DNA of 64,000 nt. Origin: Octopus vulgaris (taxonomy: Eukaryota). Under the pieces are notes generated by a model. It worked only from the letters and a program-made list of their open reading frames with translations, was not told where the DNA came from and searched no databases. The stretch covers positions 54,746,001-54,810,000 of the forward strand of contig OX597823.1 of NCBI GenBank assembly GCA_951406725.2, in the 5' to 3' direction. Positions 52,601 to 64,000 of this stretch are shown here, piece after piece (position 1 is the stretch's first letter; each line of letters opens with the position of its first letter). The position numbers were made by a program, and so were the translations under genes.

Positions 52601-52838
52601 GAGAGAGTGAGAGACTCACACATACACACATATATTCTGCTTCCTTATATCCCCTGTATTTTTTCACATGCAATTGTTCTCTGTATAAGGGAAATTTCCA
52701 TGCAGTTTCTATACAATTTCACCCATTTTCTTTATCACCATATTCTTTCATTCCTTCTAATCTATTCACGACTTTGATCAAAGCTATTTCATGTATCTTC
52801 ACTTCTGACCCAAATGGTTATGAGGGTGCAATTACATT
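52156..52838 (+). repeat. Near-exact direct duplication of about 245 bp (52156-52397 and 52596-52837), each copy preceded by (TA)n
   Basis: Identical sequence from aaagagagagagtgagagactcac to gagggtgcaattacat. Confidence 0.9.
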
Positions 52839-53237
52839 TTTTTTTTATGTCTCTCTGTAAATATTCATGCCATGTTAAATATGCAAATTGCTTTCTATTA
52901 TTTGACCATATAATGAACTGTTGTTCTCAGTTTCTACAGATAGGAGGTTTTTAATAATCTTAGACTCAGCCCAGTTTGAGTCAGTGATTAGCTATTCAGC
53001 TAAATCTTGATTTGTATTTTAAATAATTTTGAAACCCAGTGCTGTTTAACTCGTGTTTTTTCAAATTTGGCTGACGCTTTTCTTAATCCTTTTATGGCCA
53101 TATTTCTAATGAATCATTTCAATTAATTTGGCAAATAATCAAGGATTTTAGAGAATTTAGAAAGAATAACTATTTGAACAAAGGGTTCTTGCATAACATT
53201 ATGATGGAATTTTTACTTTAGGCATTTTGTATCTTTG

Positions 53238-53480
53238 TGGAGGTGCATGGCTTAGTGGTTAAGGTGTTGAACTCATGATTGTAAGATTGTGGTTTCGATT
53301 CCTGGACCTGCTGATGTGTTGTGTTCTTGAGCAAAAAACTTCATTTCACATTGCTCCAGTCCACTCAGGAGGCAAAAATGAGTAATCCTGCGATGGACTG
53401 GCGTCCCGTCCAGGTGGGGAATTTCTACACCACTGAAACTAGGAAATGGGCCCTTATGAGCCTGGCATGGCTCGAAAAGG
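53238..53480 (+). mobile_element. Third tRNA-derived SINE family (other copies about 10408-10725+, 15860-16105-, 25925-26065-, 44305-44790+, 46735-46960-, 56453-57330+)
   Basis: A-box tggcttagtgg, B-box ggtttcgattcc, then gtgttcttgagcaaaa.acttcatttcacattgctccagtccactcag. Confidence 0.8.
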
Positions 53481-53815
53481 AGCATTTATTTATTTTGTAT
53501 CTTTAGGTATTTGTTTCACTCATTGGACTATGGTCATGTTGGGGCACTGCTCTTATGGGTTTATTTGAACAAATCAATGTCACTACTTATTTTTTTAAAG
53601 TCTGGTGTTTGTTCTATTGGTTTCTTTTTCTCAACTACTAAGTTATGGGGATGTAAAAAGACCAACACCAGTTGTCAAGTGATGGTGAGGAGACACACTT
53701 AAACACACCACACATACAAACAGACATATACACATACACACACATTCACACAAACATACATGCATGCATAATATATATATATATAGATATATATATACAA
53801 AAATTCTATAATTAT

Positions 53816-54075
53816 GAGCATAATTATAATTAGGGTTCAGCAAAATTTGCTTCACCACATACTGAAATTTAGAAATAGCAGTTAAACTACTATTTTACTA
53901 CCATAAGATATCTCCCAAACAGCAATACTCAACAACTCACGCAGGTAAAGAGTGCATGAGTTGTTGAATATTGCTGTGTGGGAGATTTTCTTCTGGTAGT
54001 AAAATAGAACTGCTATTTCTAAATTTTGGTATGTGGTGAAGCAAATTTTGCTGAACCCCAATTATAATTATACTC
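53816..54075. repeat. Fold-back element with arms of about 120 bp and a short spacer
   Basis: taattataattagggttcagcaaaatttgcttcaccacatac... versus ...gtatgtggtgaagcaaattttgctgaaccccaattataatta; a related fold-back lies at 25418-25628. Confidence 0.9.
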
Positions 54076-54178
54076 GTAATTATTGTATTTTTGTATAAGT
54101 TTACCGATAATGGTTCTTTTAACATACCGAACAACTTGGTAAAATCATTAATTATTAATTAATTAATTAATTTTACCC

Positions 54179-54278
<100 letters not shown>

Positions 54279-55197
54279 GGATTCCACACAGTTTTCAGCT
54301 ACCAAGTTCACTTATAAGCACTGGTTGGCTAGGGGCTATAATAGAAGACACTTGTGCAAGCTGTTGCGAAATGGGTCTGAACTCAAAACCACATGGTTGC
54401 AAATTGAGCTTCTTAACCATACAGTCATACCTGCATCTATAAACACTTTAAAACATGAAGTTTCCGATCAAAGAGTTAGAGGTGGTCTGAGGTCTCTCGG
54501 TGTTCAAAGTGTTAACAAATTTTCAAAATACTGACTTTCAGACTGAATAATTTGTTTCTGCTCAACAGAGATATTTCTTTAGATATCTTAAAACTCTACA
54601 CTTTGAGTAAGTGACCAACACCTTCAGTAAAGATCAGTTTTAGATAGTCCTAAACTTCTACTGTGTGAGCAAATGATCAAGTTTAACAGAAATTAGCCTG
54701 TAAATACCTTAAAACTCTAACCCTCTTGATCATGTGATCTGATTTTCTCTTCAGCAAAGATCAGACTTTTGATAGCTTTGATAGCTTCCCTTGAGTCAAA
54801 ATTTTGACTCTTGCTTCTCTCAGACACGAATTGCTTTCAAGGTCTACAAGTGCTTAGTACTCATAATCCTTCTCCACACTTGTCTTTTGACTGGTTTTGC
54901 ATGACAGAAATTGCATTTTTCCTACAGCTTTACTTTAGCAATTCTGTAATCAGATTGAAGCAAGGCTTAGACAAAACTACTATTACGTGGAAGTTGCAGA
55001 TTGTTTTGTTTTTTCTTCTGTGTTATGTAAGTGTTGAGAAGCAGACAAGCGATTTTTCTCTTGTTGTTTTTATCAAACGTTTCCATCTTAAAATTACTTT
55101 CTTTACACTTAATGCCATTTTACCAAAGATTCAAACTGATTATGCATACATATATATTAATCCATTTACACACATCCACACACACATGCCACATATG

Positions 55198-55247
<50 letters not shown>

Positions 55248-56653
55248 CATATATATGTACATATATGTATATATATATGCATATAAACACATACATACAT
55301 ATATGCATACATACATTCACACATATATATATATAAATATGTATACATATATACGTACACACACACACATATGTATATATATATACACACATACATACAT
55401 ATACATATGTGCATATATGTATGTATGCGTGCATGCAGACCATAATCATACATAGAATGTGTGATCAAACACATTAGTTGAACTCTGGAGCCTAATCGAT
55501 ACGTTAAGTATAATTGATTAAATATTGCGTCTTTCTCATAAGCACCCACATACATATGTATGCACTCACGCACACTCGCGTAAGGAAGCGCAGACACAAA
55601 ACAACTGATAAATATATCTGTCATGCACAAAATATACAAAAACATAGATACATACATGCATTCATACATATGAATACATATACATGCATACAAGCATTTG
55701 TATTGAAAATTTCTCTAGTAAGAAGCATTTTAGTTATGTATGTTATTTAAATATCACTGCGCACCAAATATTTGTGTATATGTGTGTGCGTGTGTGTATG
55801 TGTGTGTGTGTGTGTATGTGTGTGTGTATGTGTATATATAAACATACATATATATACATATATATATGTCTATACACACACACATACACAGATGCACACA
55901 TTGACATACATGACATGTGTATGCCGGTACAAACGTATATATCATCATCATCATCACCATCTTTAATGTCTGTTTTCCATGCTGGCATGGGTTGGACAGT
56001 TTGACAAGAACTGGTAAGGCTGGGTCTGCACTAGGCTTTATTGTCTATTTTGGTATGGTTTCTATGGCTGGGCACCCTTACTAATGCCAACAACTCTACA
56101 GAGTGTACCAGGTGCCTTTTTACATGGCAACAACACAGTGTGTGTGTATATATATACATTGCAACCATATCATGCTGAAAATGTTGGTTCTTATTTGATT
56201 CCTGAAGTTAAGCAACATTGGGTCTAGTTAGTATTTGCAAGCATCATAATATTTTTTCCAAATTGATGTAGACTTTCTGCTTGTCAACCATTCATACAGT
56301 CTGACTATATATTTTTCTGTCCATGCATTCAAGACCTGTCTATTTTCTTCAGCATCACATTTGATTTATGAAGAAATAAAGTCCTAACTGCTGACAGAGT
56401 AACTTGTTGAACACTTCGCCTAATTTTCTATTTTGTTATGAAATGTCTGAAGGTGCATTGCTTTGTGGATAGGATATTTGGCTCATGATCGTAAGGTTAT
56501 GAGTTCAATAGCTGGCAATACATTGTGTATCTGAGCAAGACACTTTATATCATGTTGCTCCAGTCCACTCAACTGGCAAAAATGAGTTGTACCTGTAATT
56601 CAAAAGGCCAGCCTTGTCACATTCAGTGTCACGCTAAATTTCCTTGAAAACTA

Positions 56654-57213
56654 TTGAGTTGTCCGGAAAGTTTGTGCCAATTTATAGTAGCTTACCTTTC
56701 GACTTATTTTAGAACATGGTTGAGTTCATAAAATAGGATTTGACTACACCTCCATTTAGAGCACAGTTTAAGCTATTTTTTCGTGGAAGAAGGCTTATGC
56801 TCCTATAACCTGTGTTAATTCTGTAACCCTTTAAAATGGAAGATTAAGAAAGTTTATTTTTGGCACTTGATGCTTTGGGAACCAGACAAAGATTGCTTCA
56901 AATCAGCTGGAATATGTTACCTCACACTCCATATTCACCAGATGCTGCTCCTTCTACTTATTCAGGTCTCTGCAGAATAGTCTTAATGATAAAAATTTCA
57001 ATTCCTTGGATGACGTAAAAAAATACCCTGATGAATTCTTTGCCATGAAACCACCTCAATTCTAGGAAGAGGGTATTTTCAAGTTAAAGGAAAGATGGAG
57101 ACGCATTGTGCTACAAAATGGGTCATATTTGGTTGATTAAAAATATAATGGCAAGTATTTATTGACCTTTTTCTTTCCTTTAAAAATCGGCACAAACTTT
57201 CTGAACAACCCAA
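56654..57213 (+). mobile_element. Second copy of the same deleted mariner, inserted at a TA inside a tRNA-SINE
   Basis: Same TIRs and same deletion junction (gatgctttggga|accagacaaa). The host SINE reads gaaaacTA...TAcattaaggg versus uninterrupted gagaactacattaaggg near 10606. Confidence 0.92.
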
Positions 57214-58234
57214 TACATTAAGGGTATATGTGTCTGTGGAGTGCTCAGCCACTTGTATGTTAATTTCATGAGCAGGCTGTTCCATTGATTGGATCAACTG
57301 GAATCCTTGTCTTCATAACCGACAGAGTGCCAGAGTTATGTATTGTTCCTTTTCAGCCATGTGACATTTTTTTCCTCTTGTATCAGGCCTTTTGAAATAT
57401 CAAATTTAGTATCTAATGTAATCATTTCATGGTTCCCTTTTGAACTATTACCTTCAGTGTTATTTGATGGCTTCATTACTGACAGCTTGAATTGTAAGTA
57501 AATCCAATAACCTCAACCCTGATCAACAATTATCTGCAACAAATGTATAGTACAAATAATAGCACCAAGAAAGGACCGTTTTGTGAGAGCAAAAAATAGC
57601 TGTCTTATTTGTATGAGTGGGAGAGTGGAAATGAGAAGCTGAAAAGGTGAAGGCATGAGGTGGAAAGAAGTACTGTATGACTACAGTTAGTTGAAGGGTT
57701 ATTAGATTCCTGAACACTTTGCCCCTTACACCTCTGACTACTCTCTCTCTGTCCCCCTCTCTCTCTTTCATACACATACACACACACTCTGTGTTGACAT
57801 ACAACATATGCAGCTACAGACATTGCTATCATGCTGGTATTACTATTGTTGTTGCCAGTTGGTTATTTGAAATTTGGAAGATCAGTAATAGTGGTGGTAT
57901 TGGTTGTAGTGGTTTTTATGTTATTAATGATGGTACTAAGTAGTTATGGTGGGAATATTGTTGGTGATGGTGGTGTTATATTCTTGATAATTGTATTATT
58001 GTTGCTATTTAGTTTTTAACTTGATCCTCATTGACCTGACATTAACATTTTGTTCAACATTTAAAATATTCTCAAGCACCAAATTATCTCATTTGATTGT
58101 TTTTTTAAAACATCAGATGTTTATATTGTTGTTGTTGCTGTTGTTATTGGCCAATAAGGAGTTGCTGGATGAGTAATGGCAGTGGTTGTGTTAGTGAGAG
58201 TAGTAGTGAAGGTTGATTAAATACAAACATACAC

Positions 58235-58640
58235 ATGCAGGAGTGGTTGTGTGGTAAGTAGCTTGCTTACCAACCACCTAGTTCCAGGTTCAGTCCCATT
58301 GCATGGCACCTTGGGCAAGTGTCTTCTTCTATAGCCTCAGGCCAACCAAAGCTTTGTGAGTGGATTTGGTAGATGGAAACTGAAAGAAGCCTGTTGTATA
58401 TATATATGTGAGTGTGTGTGTGTATGTATGTATGTTTGTGTATCTGTGTTTGTCCCTCCACCATCGCTTGACAACCAATGTTTGTCCCTCCACCATCGCT
58501 TGACAAAGTGTGTTTACGTCTCCGTATCTTAGCAGTTCAACAAGACAGACTGATAGAATAAGTACTGGGGTCGATTTGCTGGACTAAAGGTGGTGCTCCA
58601 GCATGGCTGCAGTCAAATGACTGAAACAAGTAAAAGAATA
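58235..58640 (+). mobile_element. CORE-like tRNA SINE with a small internal tandem duplication
   Basis: Family consensus; tgtttgtccctccaccatcgcttgacaa occurs twice. Confidence 0.85.
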
Positions 58641-59824
58641 ATTACACACACACACACACACACATATATAGAAAGAGAGAGAGAGAGAGAGAGAGTGCTG
58701 GTACCATGAAAATAGCATTCAGTATTCTGTAAATTGGTTAATATTTCAAAAGGCATTCATCTGTAGAAACCATGCTGAAACAGACATTGGTGTTGGGTAC
58801 AGCCCACTAGAATATATATATATATATATTTTGAAATATATTTTTGAATATTAACCAATTTAACCTTTTGAAATATCAACCAATTTACAGAATACTGAAT
58901 GCTTTGGTCAGCCAAGGCATTCGTTAGCCCAAGGCTACAGAAATGACACTTGTCCAAGGTACTAAACTCAAAATCATGTGGTTGGGAAGCAAAATTCATG
59001 CCACAAAACAGACAATGGAACCTGGTATGGCTTCTGGCCTTGCCAGCTCCTGTCAAACCACCTAACCCATGCCAGCATGGAAAATGGACGTTAAATGACG
59101 ATGATGATGATGATTATGTGTGAGTGTATGTGTGTGTCTGTTTCGTCCCCTTTACCACTTAATAATTGATGTTGGGCTGTTTACATCCCTGTTACTTAAT
59201 TCAGTAATAAACCGATAGAATAAGGATCAGGCTTAAAAATATGTACTGGTGTAGATTTGTCCAACTAAAGCCCTTGACGGCATTGTGCTCCAGAATGGCC
59301 ACAGTCCAATGAGTAAAAGAAGATACACATTTCTTAACTACTGATGTTGAATATAAACTGCAGTGTCCACCACCACCACCACCACCACCACCACCACCAC
59401 CACCACCACTACTTATAATAAGAATAAGAATAAAAATAAATATAATATATATGAATATGGTATAATATAATATAAAAGTTATTTGTGTTACTATTTCCTT
59501 TGAATTCTTTATTGCTAATGCAGACTGTCACTGGATTCCTTGGATTTTGGATTTCATTGAATTTTTGCTAAAGTTGGAGCGTAAACAATTTATGATTAGT
59601 TCTTCATTGGTTTGGCATTTCTCCTGAGAGTTAATGTCAAAGCTAATCCTTGCAAGATTTGAACTCTGAATGTAGAGAAGTATTACATACTGAAAAGCAT
59701 TATGCCTACTGTGCAGCTTCTGTCTTGCTCCCATCCTTTGGATTTGTGTTGTTATTGCTATTGTTTAACCCAAGGTACCCCAGGTCAACTTGGATGAAGC
59801 AGACCATATTCAAAGAATTCCAGA

Positions 59825-60960
59825 TATGGGTTTTAAATTTTCACACAAGGCCAGCAATTTCGGAGAAAGTGCTAAGTCGGTCAATTACATCAACCCCCAG
59901 TACTCAACTGGTACTTATATTATTGACCCCAAAAGGATGGAAAACAAAGTTGGCTTTTGCAGAATTTGAACTCGGTATGTAAGGATGGATGAAATGCTGC
60001 TAAGGATTTTGCCCAGTATGATAACAATTCTGCCAGCTCGTCATCTTAAGCATTCCGTATGTAACTATCTCAGACAATGCATCGAGGACACTACATCATT
60101 AAGTGTTGTTCATGGTAGGATTTAAGTTGAGAGATTTGGCAGCTATTTCATGCAGATCGAGCAACTATATGTGGGCTAAAACTCTTTATACCATTGACTG
60201 TCCACTATAATGATATTGGTTTTTGAGGCATAAAGCCTCAAATTTTATGAGTTGAGAAAAGGTAAACATTAAGGGAATGGGGAGAAGGCTGGGTTTGAAC
60301 TCAAACTGTAAAATGGCATAATTAAATACTGTTGCATTTTGATGATCACTCTACCAACTGTACTAATACATTGCCCTAGGTGTATTTTATTTTATCAACC
60401 CTGAAAAGGCAAAAGGCAAAGTTATCCTTAGTGCAATTTGAATTCAGAATGTGAAAAAACCCAAAAGAAATACTTCACCACACTAAATGCCCTTTATAAA
60501 ACTGGTTTCAAATTTTGGCTTTAGGTCACCAATTTTGGGATATGGGGTCAATTGATTACATTGATCCCAGTGCTCAACTGGTACTTGTTTTATTGACCCT
60601 GAAAGTATGAAAGGCAAAATCAACTTCAGCAGAATTTGAACTCAGAAAGCAAAGATAGATGAATTGCACTTGGCATTTTGCTGAGCATGTTTATGATTCT
60701 GCCTGCTCACTACCTTAAAAGCTGGTTATAATATTAGTTTCAAATTTTAGCACAAGGCCAACAATTGTGTGGGAGTGGCTAAGTTGATTAAATTGATTCC
60801 AGTGCTCAACTGGTAGTTTATTGACCCCAAAAAGACGAATAGCAAAGTTGACCCCAGTGGCATTTGACCCCAGTGTAAAGCTGGACAAAATGCCAGGAAG
60901 CATTTTGTCCAGTGCATTTTACAGGAAGCATTTTGTCCAGTGTGCTAATAATTCTGCTTC
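59825..60960 (-). mobile_element. Cluster of older minus-strand Meta/MESC-like SINE copies (about 59825-60045, 60370-60460, 60505-60715, 60735-60960)
   Basis: Repeated ccccagtgctcaactggtactt..ttattgaccc..aaaggatgaaaggcaaagt..gcagaatttgaactc motif. Similar copies near 9545, 13225, 16750, 18840, 22040 and 23410. Confidence 0.78.
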
Positions 60961-62375
60961 AAATGCCCTTCATAATGTTAATAAATCTCCTATACATATT
61001 TCATCGTGTTTTTATGCAGTGATTTTTATTCTGTACTACCTCTGTTTGTTTAGCTGCCAGAAATTTATAAATAACAAAAACAAAAAATAGCATCATGGCT
61101 TTGTTAAGTTTATAGGTAAAAGAGGTTGTATCAAGAATTCTTTTGTTGGGCCTCCAAGACAGATGGAAGAAAGAAAAAAGAATCTTGACATTTTCAAGAT
61201 TTTTTCAACTATTTATGACAGAATGCACTCTGTTTAAAAAACTCCAAGGGCAGGATGGTGGTATTATACTAAGTGATAGGTTAAGTCTACCACATAATTG
61301 AAGATCTGGTCCATCAGATGATCTTCTGTGCAGTTTTTTGTCCCTTCAGTTTTACTTTCAAGGTTTGGGTTGATCTGCAGTTATAGTAGAAGATACTTGT
61401 CCAAGGTGCCATGCTGTAGGATTGAACTTAGAACTTAAAGCTATGTGACTGCAAAGCTAAATTCATAACCACATAGCCATGATTGAAATCTATGTTACCT
61501 GCAAAAGATCAACTTCCCAGTGGAAGAGAAGTTATACCAATCATTTGCTTCATGGCTTGAAGACTGGAGCCCCCAGCTTAAAGATAATTTATTTTCCTAC
61601 ATTACAAGGAAAGGAAAATGTGATTGTCTGATATTCATGTCTTTCTCAGGAAACATTGACCCTTTAGCATTCAGGTTATTCTATCAAATGTAAAGCATAT
61701 TTATCTGCATTGATTTGAATTAATCATGCATTACTTCATAGCCTTGAGATTTCAGCGATGGGATTATTGTATTCTTAGAATGACATTGTAGGGTAAGTGT
61801 GAGAGACCAGATCTAGCAGGTCTAAACATAAAGCAGATAGAATATTCAGGCCAGGTATGGTTGGTCTAAAGGCTAGAGGGTTTTAAACACACATTAGGTT
61901 AAATAAATTCCACCAGGTATTACAAAACTTTGGTTCAAAGGTTTTATTCATTAAGAGCTTTCATAGTGCTGTGAATCACTTAACCACCTCGTTATTATAT
62001 CATTAATTCAATAGCAACTGTAACAGTAAGAAGAGCAATAACAACATAATTAACAAGCCAATGAGGGGGCTGCCACATATTTGTTTGACCTGTGTAGAAA
62101 TAGCAATCAAGTAGCCCTCAACTGATATCATACCGTTTCTAGAAGTAAGAAATAAACGTAAGATAATGTAGTCCTATATATATTTTACCTTTAAAAAAAA
62201 GACAGGATAGCAACAGTTAGAAAGTCTTTGATGATAGAATAGCTTGATCAAGGATGATATGAGGCTACATCATGATAATAACAACAACATTGGCAACAGC
62301 CGCTGTAGTAGCAGCAGCCACATCACCTGCGGTAACAACAAAATGAGAAAAAAGAACAGTGTGCTGCCAACTTAC

Positions 62376-62574
62376 TGAAGTCATCTGGCCATATTTCAAG
62401 CAAGTATTTAAGTACATCGATATGTTTCCTGAAGTCTAAGTCAGCTGATGTCGACGGGGATGGACACAGTAGCACGGGTCCGAAACAGACAGCCACATTC
62501 TCGGGGGTCATCTTGTTTAAATCACTTTTGCTGGCAACCTTCTTCAGGTGGTTCAGCACCATTGTCATCGTATC
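62376..62574 (-). CDS. Syd-1 (RhoGAP100F/SYDE): Internal coding exon, C-terminal part of the RhoGAP domain of a Syd-1/RhoGAP100F/SYDE1-2 family protein
   Basis: Minus-strand acceptor ttctctttcatgctAG, 199-nt exon (phase 0 in, phase 1 out) and donor TTCA|GTAAGT. Translation [66 protein letters not shown] has the RhoGAP motif HL..VA....NKMT..N.AVCFGP.LL and an LDF.KHI.VL.YLL..WP tail that I recall as SYDE-specific. Upstream exons lie beyond the window end. Confidence 0.92.
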
Positions 62575-62884
62575 CTAGCATGAAAGAGAACAACAGAGAC
62601 ATATATATAAATACATATATACATACGTACATAAATATACATATACAAACAAATCTGGATGCATACATAGATGTATGGCTTTGTAAGACATTCCTAAGTT
62701 TTGGGATTTGAGTCCTCTGGAAACAAAATATATGCACTATGATGTATGTGCATTCAGAATACACATGCAAAAATGCACACATACACTCACACATGCATGT
62801 ACACACAGGCACAGACACATATACATACATAAATACACATACATAAATATATACATACATACACACACTCATATATATATATAT

Positions 62885-63112
62885 GGGCGGCGAGCTGGCA
62901 GACACGTTAGCGCGCCGGGCGGAATGCTTAGCAGTATTTCGTCTGTCGTTACGTTCTGAGTTCAAATTCCGCCGAGGTCGACTTTGCCTTTCATCCTTTC
63001 GGGGTCGATAAATATAAGTACCAGTTTCGCACTGGGGTCGATGTAATCGACTTAATCCGTTTGTCTGTCCTTGTTTGTCCTCTCTATGTTTAGTCCCTTG
63101 TGGGCAATAAAG

Positions 63113-63115
<3 letters not shown>
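62885..63115 (+). mobile_element. Meta/MESC-like tRNA SINE
   Basis: Close match to 40193-40426; flanked by (TA)n. Confidence 0.88.
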
Positions 63116-63147
<32 letters not shown>

Positions 63148-63161
63148 CATATATACATATA

Positions 63162-63218
<57 letters not shown>

Positions 63219-63279
63219 CTCTACCCCTGGTATTTGAGTACTCTTTTTTCCACCTTGTTTCACATTTATGTGTTTACTC

Positions 63280-63338
<59 letters not shown>

Positions 63339-63396
63339 CGTGTGTGTATAAAACATGTTTTAAATCTCTGAGCGAGAGAATTATAGTAACTACTGA

Positions 63397-63816
63397 ATAG
63401 TAATGTTTATCTGTCAACATAACATGGCAGTCCTATGAAGGAAGATGTTACTGTTGTTTTAGTCTCAGGAAAGCACCTTTTCCAGCTGGTTATTGTCACA
63501 CGGTTTGTGTCCATATAGAGCATTGCTCCCATCTCTAGCCTTACATGATACTCACAGACTTAGTATTTGTGAGTGGAGATAGCTTTTGTCACTAGCTGGT
63601 GATTGTCTCATGCTGAGGACAGATAACATTCAGAAACCTAGGTCTGTGAGTATCACCTAAAGCTAGAGATGGGAGCGATGGCATCTCTTTCAAATACTAT
63701 GTACGGGCACAAACTGTGTGTTGATAGCTAGCTGGAAAAGATGTTTTCCTGGGGTTAAAACAGCAGCAACATCGTCCTTTATAGGACTGCCACTTTATGT
63801 TGGCATATAAACACTA

Positions 63817-63820
<4 letters not shown>
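63397..63820. repeat. Long fold-back (palindromic MITE-like) element with arms of about 170 bp
   Basis: Left arm atagtaatgtttatctgtcaacataacatggcagtcctat... is the imperfect reverse complement of ...ataggactgccactttatgttggcatataaacactactat. Confidence 0.9.
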
Positions 63821-63880
<60 letters not shown>

Positions 63881-64000
63881 ATATATATATATATAAGCAT
63901 ATACTCATATTTTAAAGAGACATTTAGAAACATTAACATGATGCAAGTACATTAACATTTGCACAAATACCTAAATGTAATCTATATATATATATATATA

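Overview
AT-rich, microsatellite- and SINE-dense eukaryotic DNA. The repeat families suggest a coleoid cephalopod, most likely Octopus (inference). Nearly all ORFs in the supplied track are translations of (TA)n, (CA)n, (TACA)n or trinucleotide repeats and are not genes. The one clear gene is on the minus strand: the 3' part of a Syd-1/RhoGAP100F/SYDE-type RhoGAP. Its RhoGAP C-terminal exon is at 62376-62574 and a probable last coding exon is at 14536-14681, implying an intron of about 47.7 kb. That intron holds several other phase-compatible candidate last exons and a stop-containing 39-nt micro-exon. A convergent plus-strand gene probably ends near 3.56-6.85 kb. The rest is tRNA-derived SINEs, fragments of RTE, CR1-like, RLE-type and Penelope-like retroelements, mariner/pogo/hAT/piggyBac-type non-autonomous DNA elements, fold-back elements and degenerate minisatellites. 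The most notable unannotated signal is a set of minimal type-I hammerhead-ribozyme folds in several unrelated sequence families, several with palindromic helix III (dimer type). Also notable are many long dsRNA-forming structures in the pre-mRNA of a synaptic gene, in a lineage known for heavy A-to-I editing.
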